Origin: Phoronis australis
Lineage: Eukaryota > Animalia > Phoronida
Assembly (NCBI GenBank): GCA_002633005.1
Contig: NMRA01000008.1
Coordinates: 1,995,456-2,059,455 of the forward strand
Length of the DNA: 64,000 nucleotides
Direction: 5' to 3'
This document shows, piece by piece, positions 1 to 25,000 of the stretch (its first letter is position 1; each line of letters opens with the position of its first letter). A program made the position numbers and the translations under genes. The notes beneath the pieces are model-generated. The model saw only the letters and a list, made by a program, of their open reading frames with translations, did no database searches and was not told where the DNA came from.

Positions 1-869
1 GCAGCTCCTATAGGCGCTCCATACGCCGGAAGCTTTTCGGTGAATTATGCCTCGCACCGTCTAAACCATCAAAGTCACGTTCTTATAAATACCTTTTGCG
101 CATAGAGGAACACCTTAGGAGGTTTTCGATGTGTTTATTTCCTTCCAACTCGAACAAATACTCCCGTTATCAAACTTTTCCTTCGAGCAGTCCCTATTTC
201 AGTTCCCAAAATCGTGAACTCGACAGTATCACTCGGCGCACGCCAAGAGATTCTTTTAACCAGGCCGAAGGTTAGAAGTTGCGGTCCTACCGGTGAACTT
301 TGAAAACTGAAGTTCCCGCCCTTTTCGTACGTGCTGCCGGGAAGCAGAAGTACATTTGCCGTGTTGTTAAACATTAAAATTTCAAATATGTGCACAAAGA
401 CTATTAAATGTCATATCAACAGCATTTCTTTTTAACAAATACAAACAATAATTCATTGAAATACAATCAGTTTCGAGTAACGCCAATTAAAGACAAGTAT
501 AAGTGGTGTCTATTTTGGAAACGAACATGTGACTGACAAGACCACAATGGCTCACCTTTGGCTTATTTAAAGATTAAGGTCATGAAGTCACATCACCTAG
601 TGAGCGCGGTAAAAATTGGAGCGTGCGCAGTATAAAAATGTTGAGTTCACGATTTTGGGAACTGAACGAGTGACTGCTAGAACAAAAAGTTCGATAACGG
701 AAGTATTTGTTCGAGTTGGAAGGAATTAAACACACCGCCAACCTCCTAAGCCTAAGGTGTCCCTCTATACGCAAAAAGTATTTATAACAACGTGACTTTC
801 ATGTTTTAGCCAGTGCGAGGCATATTTTGCTGAAAAGCTTCCGGCGTATGGAGCGCCTACAGGAGCTGC
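1..869. mobile_element. Non-autonomous DNA transposon (MITE-like) with long imperfect inverted repeats, in the PSTK intron; left end may extend past the window edge
   Basis: 1-40 (gcagctcctataggcgctccatacgccggaagcttttcgg) is the near-perfect reverse complement of 830-869; 91-120 also pairs with about 751-781. A related, shorter copy lies at about 28051-28300. Confidence 0.75.
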
Positions 870-1011
870 ATCGCCTCTGGTTCGGGCCAACAGAGGCGAT
901 GGTCATTGCCTAGCTGTAATATAGCATGCGTACAAAACAAAATACACAACAAAAGCAATTACAATGTTTAAATGAATTCGTCAAGATAAAAAGTCACAAC
1001 AGAGCAAATAC

Positions 1012-1260
1012 TTGACAAAATTTCATTTCGCCAAATAATGACCGTACATCAGAAAAGCCAAACGTGGGAGTAGACGTGATGAAAAGTCTTTCGTTTTCTG
1101 TCCCGTTCGCCGACGGAAAAATCGCGTCATAGCAGACGTGAATTGTGTGATATCGAGACGAAATCTTTTGACTTAATGCTTTAGAAAATGTTGTTTTGCC
1201 ACATCCAGGTAATCCACACAGTACTAAAATACAGACGCTGTCATTTTTGTGACAACTCAT
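1012..1260 (-). CDS. PSTK: L-seryl-tRNA(Sec) kinase (PSTK)-like, first coding exon; rest of gene is left of the window
   Basis: MSCHKNDSVCILVLCGLPGCGKTTFSKAL...HVCYDAIFP: N-terminal P-loop LCGLPxxGK(S/T)T followed by a YD motif, as recalled for metazoan PSTK. Donor probably CAA|GTATTT at 1011; exact 3' boundary uncertain. Confidence 0.75.
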
Positions 1261-1918
1261 TCCCAGAATCTCATAAAATCAACGTCTCGGAACTGTTTAT
1301 CATTAATCGTCTGCAGGCCGCCATAGTTTCTCCGCATTGTGGGTACTTTGACTGGTTAAAAACGATGGTTTTCATTGGTTAAAGCCAGTGCATCATTTTG
1401 TATGTTTCCCGAATACAGTCTCTATAGTTCTTCGAATTTCATAATAAAATTGGTGAATCGGTCATGAAATATGTGTCTTCCATCCATTGTGTTTCTGTGA
1501 TATCAAAAGCGCGACACGTTTTAACCTACAGAACGTGCTGGAGACTCAGCTGATTGACAAAGTGGCCAATTGAAATCGTTGATAGAAACCGAAAACAACC
1601 GGAAATTCTAGTGACGTCACGATCTTCACATGCTCGAGGTGGAATCGTATGGTGTTCCGACTTGTTCCATACGTTCAGTTTGATTGGAAATCAAAGTAGA
1701 TAAGATTTGTATCCCTTCAATAATTTGCGGCCATCCAAAGGTTCTGATTTCATTGAATGTTTGTGAAATCACGAGTTAAAACTAGGACCAAAACTTGTTC
1801 CGGCGGGGTGCCTTTCCAATCCAACCCCGCCATTTTCACTTGGCTTTTGACGCTGAATTATTGGACTTACTGAAGCTGTTTTTATTTATTAAAATTGACT
1901 AAGAACTGGCGGTGAGCG
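1261..1918. promoter_or_regulatory. Bidirectional promoter/5' UTRs between PSTK and ETF1
   Basis: Divergent ATGs at 1260 and 1919. Palindromic CRE GTGACGTCAC 1611-1620, ETS-like ACCGGAAAT 1598-1606, CCAAT/ATTGG boxes near 1566, 1683 and 1816, YY1-like CGCCATTTT at 1828. Confidence 0.7.
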
Positions 1919-12619
<10,701 letters not shown>

Positions 12620-15600
12620 GGTGGAAAATCTGCACAACTTACTTACAAGTTGAAGAATGGGTCAAGTTCCGTACAAATCTCCACGAATACATTTAAGACC
12701 AAATCAAGATCTTGCTTTGGTGGCAATCTTAAAATAAATTACCTGATTATTAGTAGAAATGATCTCTAGCATCGAGAGTAGCTTTTCTCAATATTGTAAT
12801 TGGAGACTGCACGTCATATACAGTTCGGTTTTTCTTTTAACTGTACAGGTTTGACTTTCATGTACTGTTGTTACCACCGGTCACATTTATGCAGGACTAA
12901 TTCAGGATCAAGTCGTCAACTAAACCATTGTACTACGTTAAGCAAACACATTTCCAGCAAATATTTGGGCCGCTGTTGACTTTGTCTAAATCATTCTCTG
13001 TGTAATGTTGTTCTAGGAGGCGCTGTGTCTTGCTAAAACAAATGTAATTGGAAAAAAATATTTTGTTCTCCGTCATGGTGGCTAATTCAGTTAACTGCAA
13101 AAATTAGTTGCAATTATTAACATGGCAGGGAAATTCTAGTTTAACAAAATGGCCGCTGTACCAATTCTCCTCTCAATTCCCCTTCATTTTGGTCATGAGG
13201 TAAGACTATTTTGACGATGAATTCGGCTTCCACACAGCCATCATGACGGGCAGTTTGGGTCATTTTGTCTGAATCTTTGCGTGCACTGTGTTTACTTCTC
13301 CGTTTGTGGTTGGTATTCCACTTAAAGTAAGAAGTATTCAATTGTTACTGAAAAGTTATGCAAAGCTCTCCGTTGGTAGTTGAGGGTATTTCGTTTGTGT
13401 TTTGATGCCAATTACACTGTTATGAAAGTTCTGATTGAAATGTTCTTGTCCTATAATTTGTATAGGTGCTTCTGCGTGGCTCATAGTGAGTCTTGTTGGC
13501 TTGTGATACCTATGTTCTCACCAGGATTAAGCTGAACGACGGCACGCTGCCAATCGTAATGTTAAGCTTAGTCCCAAAAGGAAGACCACCATGATCTAAG
13601 TTTTTGAATTTTTTTGTGATCTGTTAGATCATAGTTAAACAATAAAATGGTAAGAATCAGACTGCAGACGTCTCTAGACTTACGAATGTGTCAGTAGTGA
13701 TTAAGACATTTCACTGGTCGAAACTATTTAAAAATATTGTATTGTCACAAGTGATATGACAATCGATGAAATATTGAGCATGGTGGCTTAAAATTTGAGC
13801 ATGGTGGTCAAATCTGAGCCTGGTGGTGCATCATGCTGAAGTTACCTGGTGAGAATGCTGTTTTCATGGTCATCATATCTGAAGTTTAAGTATGCATATT
13901 CAGTAGAAATACATTACTATAAATTGATCTTAATAAGTGTGCATATAATGCCTAGATATATCTGGGCTAAAAGGGAACGGTCTTGTGTACAGTGTACCTC
14001 CGAAATAAACTTGTGAACTGATAGTCTTTGTGTTCAACACTTCTCTCTTGGATATGTGTGTGTGGTATTTTCAGTCCTTAAGGGTATTAACATACAATCC
14101 TTGCATCCAAATTTCTGATTTCCATCGATATACAACAAGGAAACGAATCGGTAAACCAGTTCAGTGTTGGTATTTTACCATGTGCCCTACTCTCTCATAG
14201 ATGCTTGTAACTGCAAGTGTGTCTTCATAGTCCTTTGTTATCTTAAAAATTACAGTAAGTCATGTCCTATAGTTAAGTTTAAATTTTTAAAATTGTGAAG
14301 AAATGTGATAATTATCTTTTTCTGGATACTCAAGTGTTCCAATGTAGAAAGAATCCCCCGAAGCCAACCCAAGAGTGGGACGCCTTTATTAATATTGGGA
14401 TCCTGCCCGAAAGCAACCACAGTGGGGCCTGTGTTAATATACAGTACCCTCTCCACAGTCGCTTTCAGCCTGGGGCCCCACTTATCTTGGCCATGTCATT
14501 TAAAATGATAAGTTGTTTGATCTGTTTGAGGGAGTTTGGCGATGAATGTTAATATTTTGGTACAAATCTACAAAACCAAGTGAGAGGTCGCCGAATTGGT
14601 TCTTCTGTTACAGAAACCTAACATAGGCATCTCTGGCAAAATTGCTTGGTTTTATGATTTAAATCCTTTTGAAAACGGAATAGTTTAGTTACATTAGGCC
14701 ACCTTTATTGTTTCTTGGTTTTCTTACTCTGGCGTAAGATTTTTTGCACATTTTTAGGTTGTGTTCTGACTTCTGCTCAAAAAGTTGCACTGTTAATTTT
14801 TTTTTCTTGAATGTCCTATTTTGATATCCCTCATGAAATGAGAAAAAAATTACGGGATCACCGACTTGCGAGCTATTTTAGCTGAAACAGCATCACAAAT
14901 GCAAAATTTCACCAGACGTGAAATTTGATGTGCACTATCATTTAACACCCTAACAACAAAATCTCAAAATTTCTCAATCTATTATTTGAAGTGAAAAATA
15001 ACATTCAGTGTTTTATAAATTACCGGTAGTTCGTGTTGTAAAATGGCCGTTACTTTATGGATTCGTGGCAAACTGGACTGAACTTCTTTTAAAATTTTTT
15101 TTACAGTAAAGGCTAAAAATCGCATTCTCAAAGTGCTTCAAATCAATTTCATATCAAAAACAACCCCACCAGTCGATCAGCTGTCAAATTAGAACACCCG
15201 TGAACATCTGACGATATGTTAACAAGTTGATCTTGACCACCAATCACAGCATTAATCCTCCACCGTGTTTAGTGTGAAAAGTTGTCTGAAGTTGCTGTTC
15301 ATTTTGCCCGTGGTTTGTGGTATAATAAAGAATAAATGAGGCGTTTCGTTTGTGTTGTTTATGACAAGTCAGTGTTTGATCACTTTGAGGCTCTTCACTT
15401 TCCCGCGGGACATCAGAGAAGCGCCGATACGGCACACGTTCGTACAAGAAATTCTTGTGTTGATGGATGGGTACGTTCATACATCACACTCATGTCTGTG
15501 GAGCTAAAAAACGTTCAAATAAAGTTCAAGTAAATATGATCTTCTATTTTCCTGTTTTTAGGATACTGAATTCAAGGTTGTGATATGCAGTGATATAAAG

Positions 15601-16093
15601 GAAGGGTTAATGATGCTGACGACATAGTCACTTGTCAAAACTAGGTAAATGGTGGTTTTAAGCACTTCAATGGTTTGGGCACTTCCAGTACCTATTCAGC
15701 CCCCATATCAACATTGATGTTCCATTCTGTGCGATACAACACAAGCCCAGTTCTCAAGTTTCTCAATTTTAGCGCCCAAGTATAAACCCAAACCTATATG
15801 TACGGTTTTGGGGAGAATACGGTAATTTTCTTAAGAAATTAAAACTCCATGATGACACCTTTCTTAATTGAATTAATTTTTATCACAGTCATAAGAATAA
15901 CAATTTAAATGGACACATTCTGCTTGACAGTATAAACCCATGATTTCATACATCAAAAGCATTATTGTCACAACACCAATGTAGCAACGCCAATCTCCAT
16001 GAATGCCTAATGCTTCTGATAAATGACCACCACTTGTGGACTGCAATTGTCACAATTTCAAAGACGCAAGGCATGGCTGGTCTTTTAAGTTGC

Positions 16094-19000
16094 CTAAGAC
16101 TCCTGGTAAATAACACCAAGCCGGCTAGTATCCCTCTGAAGAAAGCGGGCTGCATTTTTACTCATACTGCCACCATATGTCTGCATCTTGGCCGTCTTTT
16201 GACTCGTTTTCTCAAGTTCTGCCCACCGACGCGCCTCCGAGGCTTTCTGAAAAAAACGGACAAAATCTATCTGTTACTAAACATTAACACAAGTAAAGAA
16301 TCATAGAAACTCCTTTTTCTCATAATGGGGCAGATGAGTGTACAAGTTACAAAAATATTGAGTAAAAATAACTGTTGGAACCAAAGAAACCGTACCTTGA
16401 GTAAAAAGTTACAATGCCAATCTAAAAAAAACTAATGTCCAGACTTGGCACAAAAGTACAAATAACTAACCTTTTCGTTTACTAAAGCACTGAGTTGTGC
16501 TTTTGATTTCTTGCTTGGTAAAATTTTTGCTTTTTCTTGCTCCTCTTTTCTTTGTTGGCGTTTTTCCTCGATTCTCCGTTGGAGTTCTTGCAATTTCTCA
16601 TCTTTATCAAGTATTTCAGGTTTATTATTTAAACGAGTCTTCTTTTTCACCTCCATTCTGAAAGTAGAAACCACGTTGCCGGTGATGGTGTTGCATCAGG
16701 TATTTTAACTTTAGGCCATACCTAAATTCATTTTCATCGCAAAACCACACACAAACAGCATGTCTTTATGAACACAACTTCATAACAGGGTGGAGACAAG
16801 ATGTCAAAACTCAGTGAATTTGAGAGGAACTTCAGACATGTTTACATGTTACAACACCTGACAAGCTATGTCAACGCGTTATGTCAGACTTTACCCTCAC
16901 TCCCCGCAGCATGTTTGGTCTTAACACTCCTGAAAATTCTTTTACCTGATAACAAAGAATAGTCTTAGTGTGTAGTCCATGAGAAAATATTCCTACAACA
17001 TTCAGTACACAGCGTAACTATGGAGACCACTATAGTGCTCCTATACGGTTCAAAAAGAACCCTAAACTCGTTTCAAAAATGTATGGTCAGACCAACATGA
17101 CAGTCAATCTGAAATTTAATTAGAAAAAATAAAGAATCGGAATGCATCACCTGGTGCCATTTAGAAAGGCATGTTGCTATGCTTGGGGAAAGTTTATGGC
17201 AAATATCACCCGCAGCACACTAAATCCAATTAGTACCCCCCTCATTACTGATGCAAGGATACATTACAGGCACTTGGCTGGTATTTTTGCAAAGCTACAC
17301 ACACAAAGAATACAGGCTAAATAGTCAGAAGCAACTTCAACAATCGCACACACAGAAAAACACATCATCTCACCTCTCAGCTGCTGCCTTAGTCTGCTCG
17401 GCCCTGTGTTTAGATATCTGAGTCAGAGTGTCCATCAACAATTGGTCCTTGTTGGTCTTACTCTCCAATATCTGGTCACGCCTGTCTTCCTCTTCGTCCT
17501 TAGCAGCTGTTTTGAGCAAGGCTAGCCGCTCACGCAGCTGCATAGAGAGAACAAATTCAAACTTTAGTGATTCCACTGATAAAGAACGGTCACATTTAAC
17601 CACCACAAGCATTTCAAGTGAAAAGTCGCGTATATCAAGATGATTACATTTCCCTCTATAGGAAATGGACAATTTTAACGTAACCAGAAAATGTTAACAC
17701 CAAGGGACATGGGCATAATTATATGGGATTCATTTGAGCAAAAAAATAATTTTTGGAAAACAAAATTGACTGCACTTGATTCTTTCTTCCGGTTGAGCTG
17801 GGTTAACCAGTTCTCGATCAAAACCTTCGGCATAAAAACTAATCACTTGCCGATTGACCCAGCTGGAGCGGCGCAATGAATGTAGAGCAGCCATTATTTC
17901 AAATAGAGAAGCATGTGTATAAATGCTTGCATATATGATAGTAGGCCGACGCAGTCTCAATGTGTGCAAAATGTTTGACTTCACTTCAAAAATCTCAGAT
18001 AGAACACTGGTAATGGGTCTCAAAACTTAATGCAAGGACTGTCATTCAGCTAGTTCTTTACAAGTCCATTAAAAGTGACTGCAGATCTATTCCCGTAATT
18101 GACAAAAATACAGTGAAACCATATAGTAAGTATCGTTCCAAGTTGTTAAACAGCAGGCCCACTTGTACACAGAATGGTTAAACACAGGGCAGTGTTGTTC
18201 CTTTACAACTGTCAACAAATATACAAGGTTGGGAGAGTGTCCATTAAAATTGTTAAAGCTACATTTCGCTCCCTTCAGCAGGCTAAAAAATGAAAATCGC
18301 GCCTCATGACACATAAAATCAGTCTCATAATATTCTTTATTGTGAAAGGATTTTAATATATTTTCTGTCAACAACTCAAGTCAATTTACAATAATATATT
18401 TCAAGGTAAGTTAAAAACGCACTAAACTCTGATGTGTTTTTTGAGTTGCTGATGGTTTCGATAATCTTGTTGCTAATGGTTACAGAATGTTGTCACTGTT
18501 AGCACTATTATGAGACTGGTTACATGGAAGTAAATGACCTAATTCGATTTTCATCTTTTAGATGGCTAAACAAGATGAAATGCATCATTAACAAATAACA
18601 CTGCATTGTGTTAAACAAGTTCTAAACATTGTTCCTGAACAACAAACCTCAGCGATAGACATTTCTCCTAAATAGCCAAAGCCTGGTGTTGAGGTAAGGT
18701 CGACCATCTTGAACCTGACAACAGGCACAGCCTCCATGGCTCTGATCTGTGTGATCAAGTCTATCTTACGCCTCATCTCTTCCTCCGCCTCCTCTAGTGC
18801 TTGCTGCATCAGTTCTTGGCTCTCCTTATTCACTTCTTGAACTGGAAACAGTCACAAAGTGCACATACAGATTATCAGTTTGTACAATCTAATAAATATC
18901 CAATCGCTTCGACTAATTCCAGGGCAATAGTCGCTTACCGGGGTCCTGCATTCCGAGAACCAGTTTTGTCCAGCGAATAATGGGCATCAAACTGGTTCTC

Positions 19001-22000
19001 AAAATGTGGGATTCCTGTAAGAGACTATTGCCAATTTTGGTGCTAAGAATCATTCATGAAAAACATGAGCCCTACACCTCTAAACTTCACAGACCAGACT
19101 CAAAACTGACCAATTAAGTGGCATGATTGAACTTTGTAATTGGTTGATTTTTGATTTGGATAGCAAGTAAAATTTGGTAGTCTTGAGCCTTAGTCATGGT
19201 GAAAATTTACCAGTGCTCAGTCAATGCGCATCAGCCCTGCAGGTCAGGCTCTGCAAGTCAGGCCCTACCGGTTAGGCCCTACCAGTCAGGCTCTACAGAT
19301 CGGGCTCTAAAGGTTAGCTTGTCAAGCGTGTAATTTTATGCGCTATGCATGGTTTCAGCAAATGACGCACAGTAAGTTCTTTGCAGACACTTCTCATTTG
19401 AGTACGGAACAAGTCAAGACTAATTTTGCTGCAGTAAGTGCCGGACTAAATCAAAAGTTCGCTTCTTCGATAAAACGCAAGTTTATAGTCGTTACATCTT
19501 ACTCCAAATTACGTCATCAAGACCGCCTATCACCACTGTGACCTTTTAACTCAAACAGTGAGCTCAAAGATATTTTGTGCTGCCAGTCATTGCAAAAAAT
19601 CACATTATCCAGACTCAACCTCAGATCAACAAAACCACCATGTTTGTCAGACACAAACCTATTTTAGCCTTGTACTCCTGCAGTTTTTTCTTCGATTCTT
19701 TGGCATTTTCGTGACCTTCAATCACTGCTTCCACTAGTTGCCTGAAATTGAAAAAGAGGATGACAAGAATGTTACTCGCAGTTGTCAGAAAACAAAAATA
19801 AATCAAAATGACTTCCAAAAGCATACTATATGTAACAGTAAGCTGAAATGAGCAGTTTTGCATCAAGAGTGACCTTCAGAACTAATTAAGATTTGTAGCC
19901 ACACTCATAAAACAGAGCCTATCCATGATTGTAGTTGGTCACAATACAAACTTCGTGTTACAAAAAGAGAGAGATTTCTACTTTGTTTACAAGTCAATCT
20001 TTAACAATAAGAATGATTAATCTTTCGTTCTGAGCAAAATTCATCAGAACCACAGTTCAAACAGAGACACCTCTTACAATTGCAAAAATCACTAAAGTAA
20101 AAAATAGTTGCAGTTCACGAGCACAAATTGAAGCATTGATTTTACGAACACCTCAAGGCTTAGATAAATAAGAGAAAGCAAACTAGGATTTTTCCAATTC
20201 TCATAGCATAACTGCACAAATCTACTTAAAAGAGATGAAATACATGCACTTTAATGGGAAAATGGGATTCGGATAATTGCTACCATTTTTGTAGATTCCG
20301 TCCCTTCTCAAACTAAGTGCTAAATATTACCTCATTTCTTTCTCTTCTTCTAACCGCTGTTTCAAGTATTCCTGCATCATTTCCTTGGCTTCCTCTTTCA
20401 TTTCCTTCACCTTTTCTTTATTTTCCCTAATTAGATTCTGTCGAGCCAAGATGGCCTCTTCATGACTCAACTGTCCCTCTAGTCGACGGCGTTCTATGGC
20501 AGCTAACTTCGCTTCTAGATCCTGAGACTTCATGCGATTCTGCCACTCCAAGAAATCTGACGCGTCCTTGGCACCGGCTTCAAGGTTTTCTAGTCTGTAA
20601 GTTGAATAGGCAGGTGATAATTTAGCATTGAGGAAAATACGACAATCCGGAAATTACACACACTTGTAGCAAAATCTCAATGCAGAAATTATACTGTTTA
20701 GATTGCAGGATATCAAATGATAGCTTATTAAAGGACACGATACTGCCACAGTTGAAATAGCTGAAAATGTTTATGCATAACAATCCCAATGAACAAGCTA
20801 TCTCCTCGCAAAAAGAATGTTTGAGACAATTCACTTTTCAAAATATATGGAACTCTAATTACTTTTTCAGCTGCTCTTCTTCTTTCCTTTGAAACAGTCG
20901 TCCTTCACGCAAGATGGCCGCCGTGTTCAGCTTGATTGGAACATTCTGAGTCTGCAATATCAATGGAGATTTAATATTGCGTCACTTTTTGTCGTCAATC
21001 CTAAAGCTTTAAACCTGCCAGTTCACTAAAAAGATGATGTGTCATTAAAACGTAATTTTGTGTGGACGACTGGCTTTATATTGTTGAGCAGTAAGACCAA
21101 CACAGCATCAATTACATCCAACCAAAATCACAAAAATTCAAATTGGAATAAATAAGGTAAGCAGCGAAGAATATTCTAATTGAAGCTACCAATGAACACT
21201 AATTCCGTGCATGTTTCGATTATATGTCATTAGGAATGCTACCTCGCCTTCTCAAAGAATTAAAACAAATGGTTTCACTACAAAACACGGCCATTGTATT
21301 CAAAGATGGTGCTGCACGGGGGTCTTGATATATTGACAGGATTGATTCCCTAAGACAACAACTCAGGAATGTTGACTTGCAATTACAGGTTTCTATTCTG
21401 ATGTATTCTGAGAAGTTGGCCAAAGTTAATAAGAAAAGCACTGATTAGTTGCCGACTTCTAAAATTTTAAACTTAATTTCCACCAGAGGATTTTTACATC
21501 GGTTACTAAAATCAAATTATTTACAAGAGTTTTTAGGGACATGTTTTCATGAAAGAAGCTTTTGGCTCAGTGATAACAACAGATTTGAATAATGAAACAA
21601 GAACAATTTTATGCCATTTAGTATAAGATATAGTTATCATCAGACAAACTCAAAACTATGATATGGAATTTATAGCTTGAATTTTTTACTAAAATGTTGA
21701 TTTTCTTTAATTTTATTTTCCTTATTGAGTTTTAAACTGCACCATCTCAGCTGGTCACATTTGTTAGGAAAACTTTCCATCTGATAATGGTTACTTCCTA
21801 CAAATCCTGAACTTATAAAATTACTCAGGCAGAAAATCAATTAAAATTCGTGAACAAAAATAATCGTGCACTGCGAAACATGTTAATAATAAATAAATAA
21901 CAATTTGTGTGCCTAACTAAGCAGTAATGACAAATTAAATTAAATCTACAAAGTAACAATGAAATGCAACTAAAATATTCCTAACGGGGAAAACTACACT

Positions 22001-25000
22001 GCAATATAGATGCAGGGAACATTCATCATGCAGTTACCCAGAAACTCTCTGGTAACACGCGGGACCGAAGTCTGCCATTAACGATATATTGGTTCTAGAA
22101 TAGCAACAATAAACAGTCATTGTACTTCGTTGACACAGAGATATATCATAGTCTCGCAGATGTATACCCCCATTCACTGGGCAGACAAAGATGTGCCGTT
22201 ACAGGCTCACATTTATAGAAAAAAATCAGAAACTTTGTCCATTCTCACACTAACAACCACATAGAATGCTTAAAATATACTGCACTGATAAAAAAGCCAG
22301 ATAAATTTATCGTTTTCAATAAGTAGCAAGCCCATCTAAAATTGGGCAATCACAACTAAATCAATCTTTCCAACTAAACATAGTGCGTCAATTAATCAAG
22401 TCTTTCCAGAAAATACAAATCAATATGCTTTTATGCTTTCAGTTCATTTACCACACATAGCAAGATAACAGGTCAACTTTATGAAACTAACCGTGTGTGA
22501 TGGAAGGGGATTAGCTTTATGTCTCTCAAAATCTATTTTCGCTTCTTCTTCAGCAATTATTTTCTGCACCCTCACTTTCACTTTATCCGACTTCTCTGGA
22601 TTCGCGCATGCAAACTGTTTCCTCGATGCTTGTATTAGTCTCTCCTAAGAAAATTGAATACGACGTGTTGTATCATATTAAGTATCAAGGTCACCATGGT
22701 TACCCATTCACTCAAAACACACACCCCAGGATAGATTTCAAAAAAACACAGAAAAAATTTGAATTTGTTTCATACAAGCACAATATTTTCAAATGGTAAA
22801 AGATTTGACTCAATTTTTGCTGTTCTTCAATAACTTAGCACAAAGTTAATAGTCAAACAATTACTGTAGTTTCTCTGCAGCAAATATATTTCAAAATTTC
22901 AATTAATTTGTTTCTATATGACCACTCATGCTTCTTTTCACTGATTAGCAAACTTTTGTTTACATAATCAAGAGTTTATGATTTTTGTGTCCTGTAATTG
23001 GTCAGATCAGGAATAGTAAGATGTAACATGGAAGCGACGAGAATGAATGGAGATGTACCATGGCTAGCTGGGCAACATCACTTCATAACGGAAGTCATCG
23101 AGCATTGTATCATCCAATCACAGGACAGAAGTATCAGTGGCCATGTAATAAAACGTGATACTACCATCGAGATCGGTCCTTATTTATATAATAACATTTG
23201 CAACACACTATACAGTGACATTCATCACATGAATAATCTGCTTATAATTATATCCCACCTCTGCCTGACGTCTGTTCTCTTCACGTATTTCAGCCATGAC
23301 GTTTTTCACCTTTGGCAAGTCATACGTTGTCTTGGGAACTGCCTTGTGCTTTTTAAGTTTTGGAATCTAAACAAGCACCAAAAGGTCTGAGTGAATGTTT
23401 ATCAGAAGAGACTAAACTACTTTAAATACATACACAGCTATCGTATATAGGTTGCTTCAAAGGCCGATTATTTTGCATCAAAAAATGAAAACTTATTACC
23501 AAACACTCGTTTATGACATCTACACGACCCAAAAGATGTTAGCAATAAACTACAACTTTCTTACTTTCATTTTTGTGAGGAAATTTGACAAATTAGAATT
23601 TTACTTGTCAGCCAAATTGTCGGTTAAATATTAAGAATTACCGTATAGGTAATTCAGAATGGTCGAAAGAGCTGCATGCTCAGCCCCCCAATCACGAACA
23701 GTCCCCCACAATCATGAACAGTCCCCCACAATCATGAACAGTCCCCCACAATCATGAACAGTCCCCCACAATCATGCCAAGTAGGTAGCCAAGAAAAAGC
23801 CACATAACATAACGCAATAACCTAAACCTTTATGAAACAACAAAATAAAACATACAACTGAGAGAAAAAAAGATAAAACTATGTAAACAAATGAACACAG
23901 CAGATGAGGCATTCTATAACAACAACAACAACACAACTACATGGCAGTAAAAATGAACAATTAAAAACTTACAAAACAGCACAATGACTAAAAATAAGAT
24001 ATAATTAAATCAACGAATTTGACAACATTTAGAAAACATCGACCGCTGGTCATGTAACAAATGTAGGAGATGATCAAAATGCATTTGTTAAAACAAAATG
24101 TCGTCCTGAAACAATTTAAAAGTTAGAACGTTTCATACTTACAGGCTGAGGCATTGGAACACTCCTTGGGCGAGGCTGGGTTATGTTGAATGGTTTGACA
24201 GCTGTAAGCAAAACATGATCAAGAAATAAAAAAATGTTGTAGGGAGCGAAACGACTGTCAAGTAGCACAGTTGACACAGGGACAATATCGTAACGGAGGC
24301 ATGAAAATTGACAAATGAGGAACGAATGCTGTTATCGTATTAATACCACAGAAGTACAGTCACTGTGATAAAAAAGAAAATGACAAAAAAGGGAAAATCG
24401 TTAATATAAATTCATTTAAAAATTAGTCAAATTTTATTTATAGCTACATTCATGCCACACATTGCTATTTGTTACACAAGTTACTTTCCAGTGCACTACA
24501 ACACAATCTACTACGAACCTGTGGTTTTTACTTCTGGTTTCTTTGGTTTAACCTTGTTTTGTACTTTATCCGACAAATACTGTAAGACTTCACACAGTTC
24601 AGGTAGCCACCTAGAGGAACACAAAACAGCATTTAGGAATGATAACCTCACAATGTGGAAAAAAGAAGAAACAATGTTAAGACAGGACTTGTGATTAACA
24701 TAATTAGTTTCTTCCTGACAATCCACACATGAAGTGAGAGTGTAACATAATTGCAAACCATAAGACAATAAGACTCTATGTAAGTACTGCACGTGCACCT
24801 CTTTTAACTTTGTGCTGCACAAAATCCAAGAAATGATTCAGAGGAAGAATATGAAAAATCTTCAAATGGTTTTAAAAATGATGGCTTGACCGAAAATATG
24901 TTTTTAATCAGCCAAACATCAAAGAAACTTCAGCTTAAAAACGGCTTGTCCACAATCAACACAACACTTCATCCCTATCACAAACAAGGTCACATTTACA

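Noticed and set aside
1757-1873. uORF upstream of the eRF1 ATG
   Set aside because: Its ATG lies among promoter motifs, probably upstream of the transcription start.
13190-13475. SECIS element in the ETF1 3' UTR that would recode its TGA
   Set aside because: ATGA-n12-AAA at about 13422 has no matching 3' GA or helix; other ATGA sites lack the apical AA. SECISearch would be decisive.
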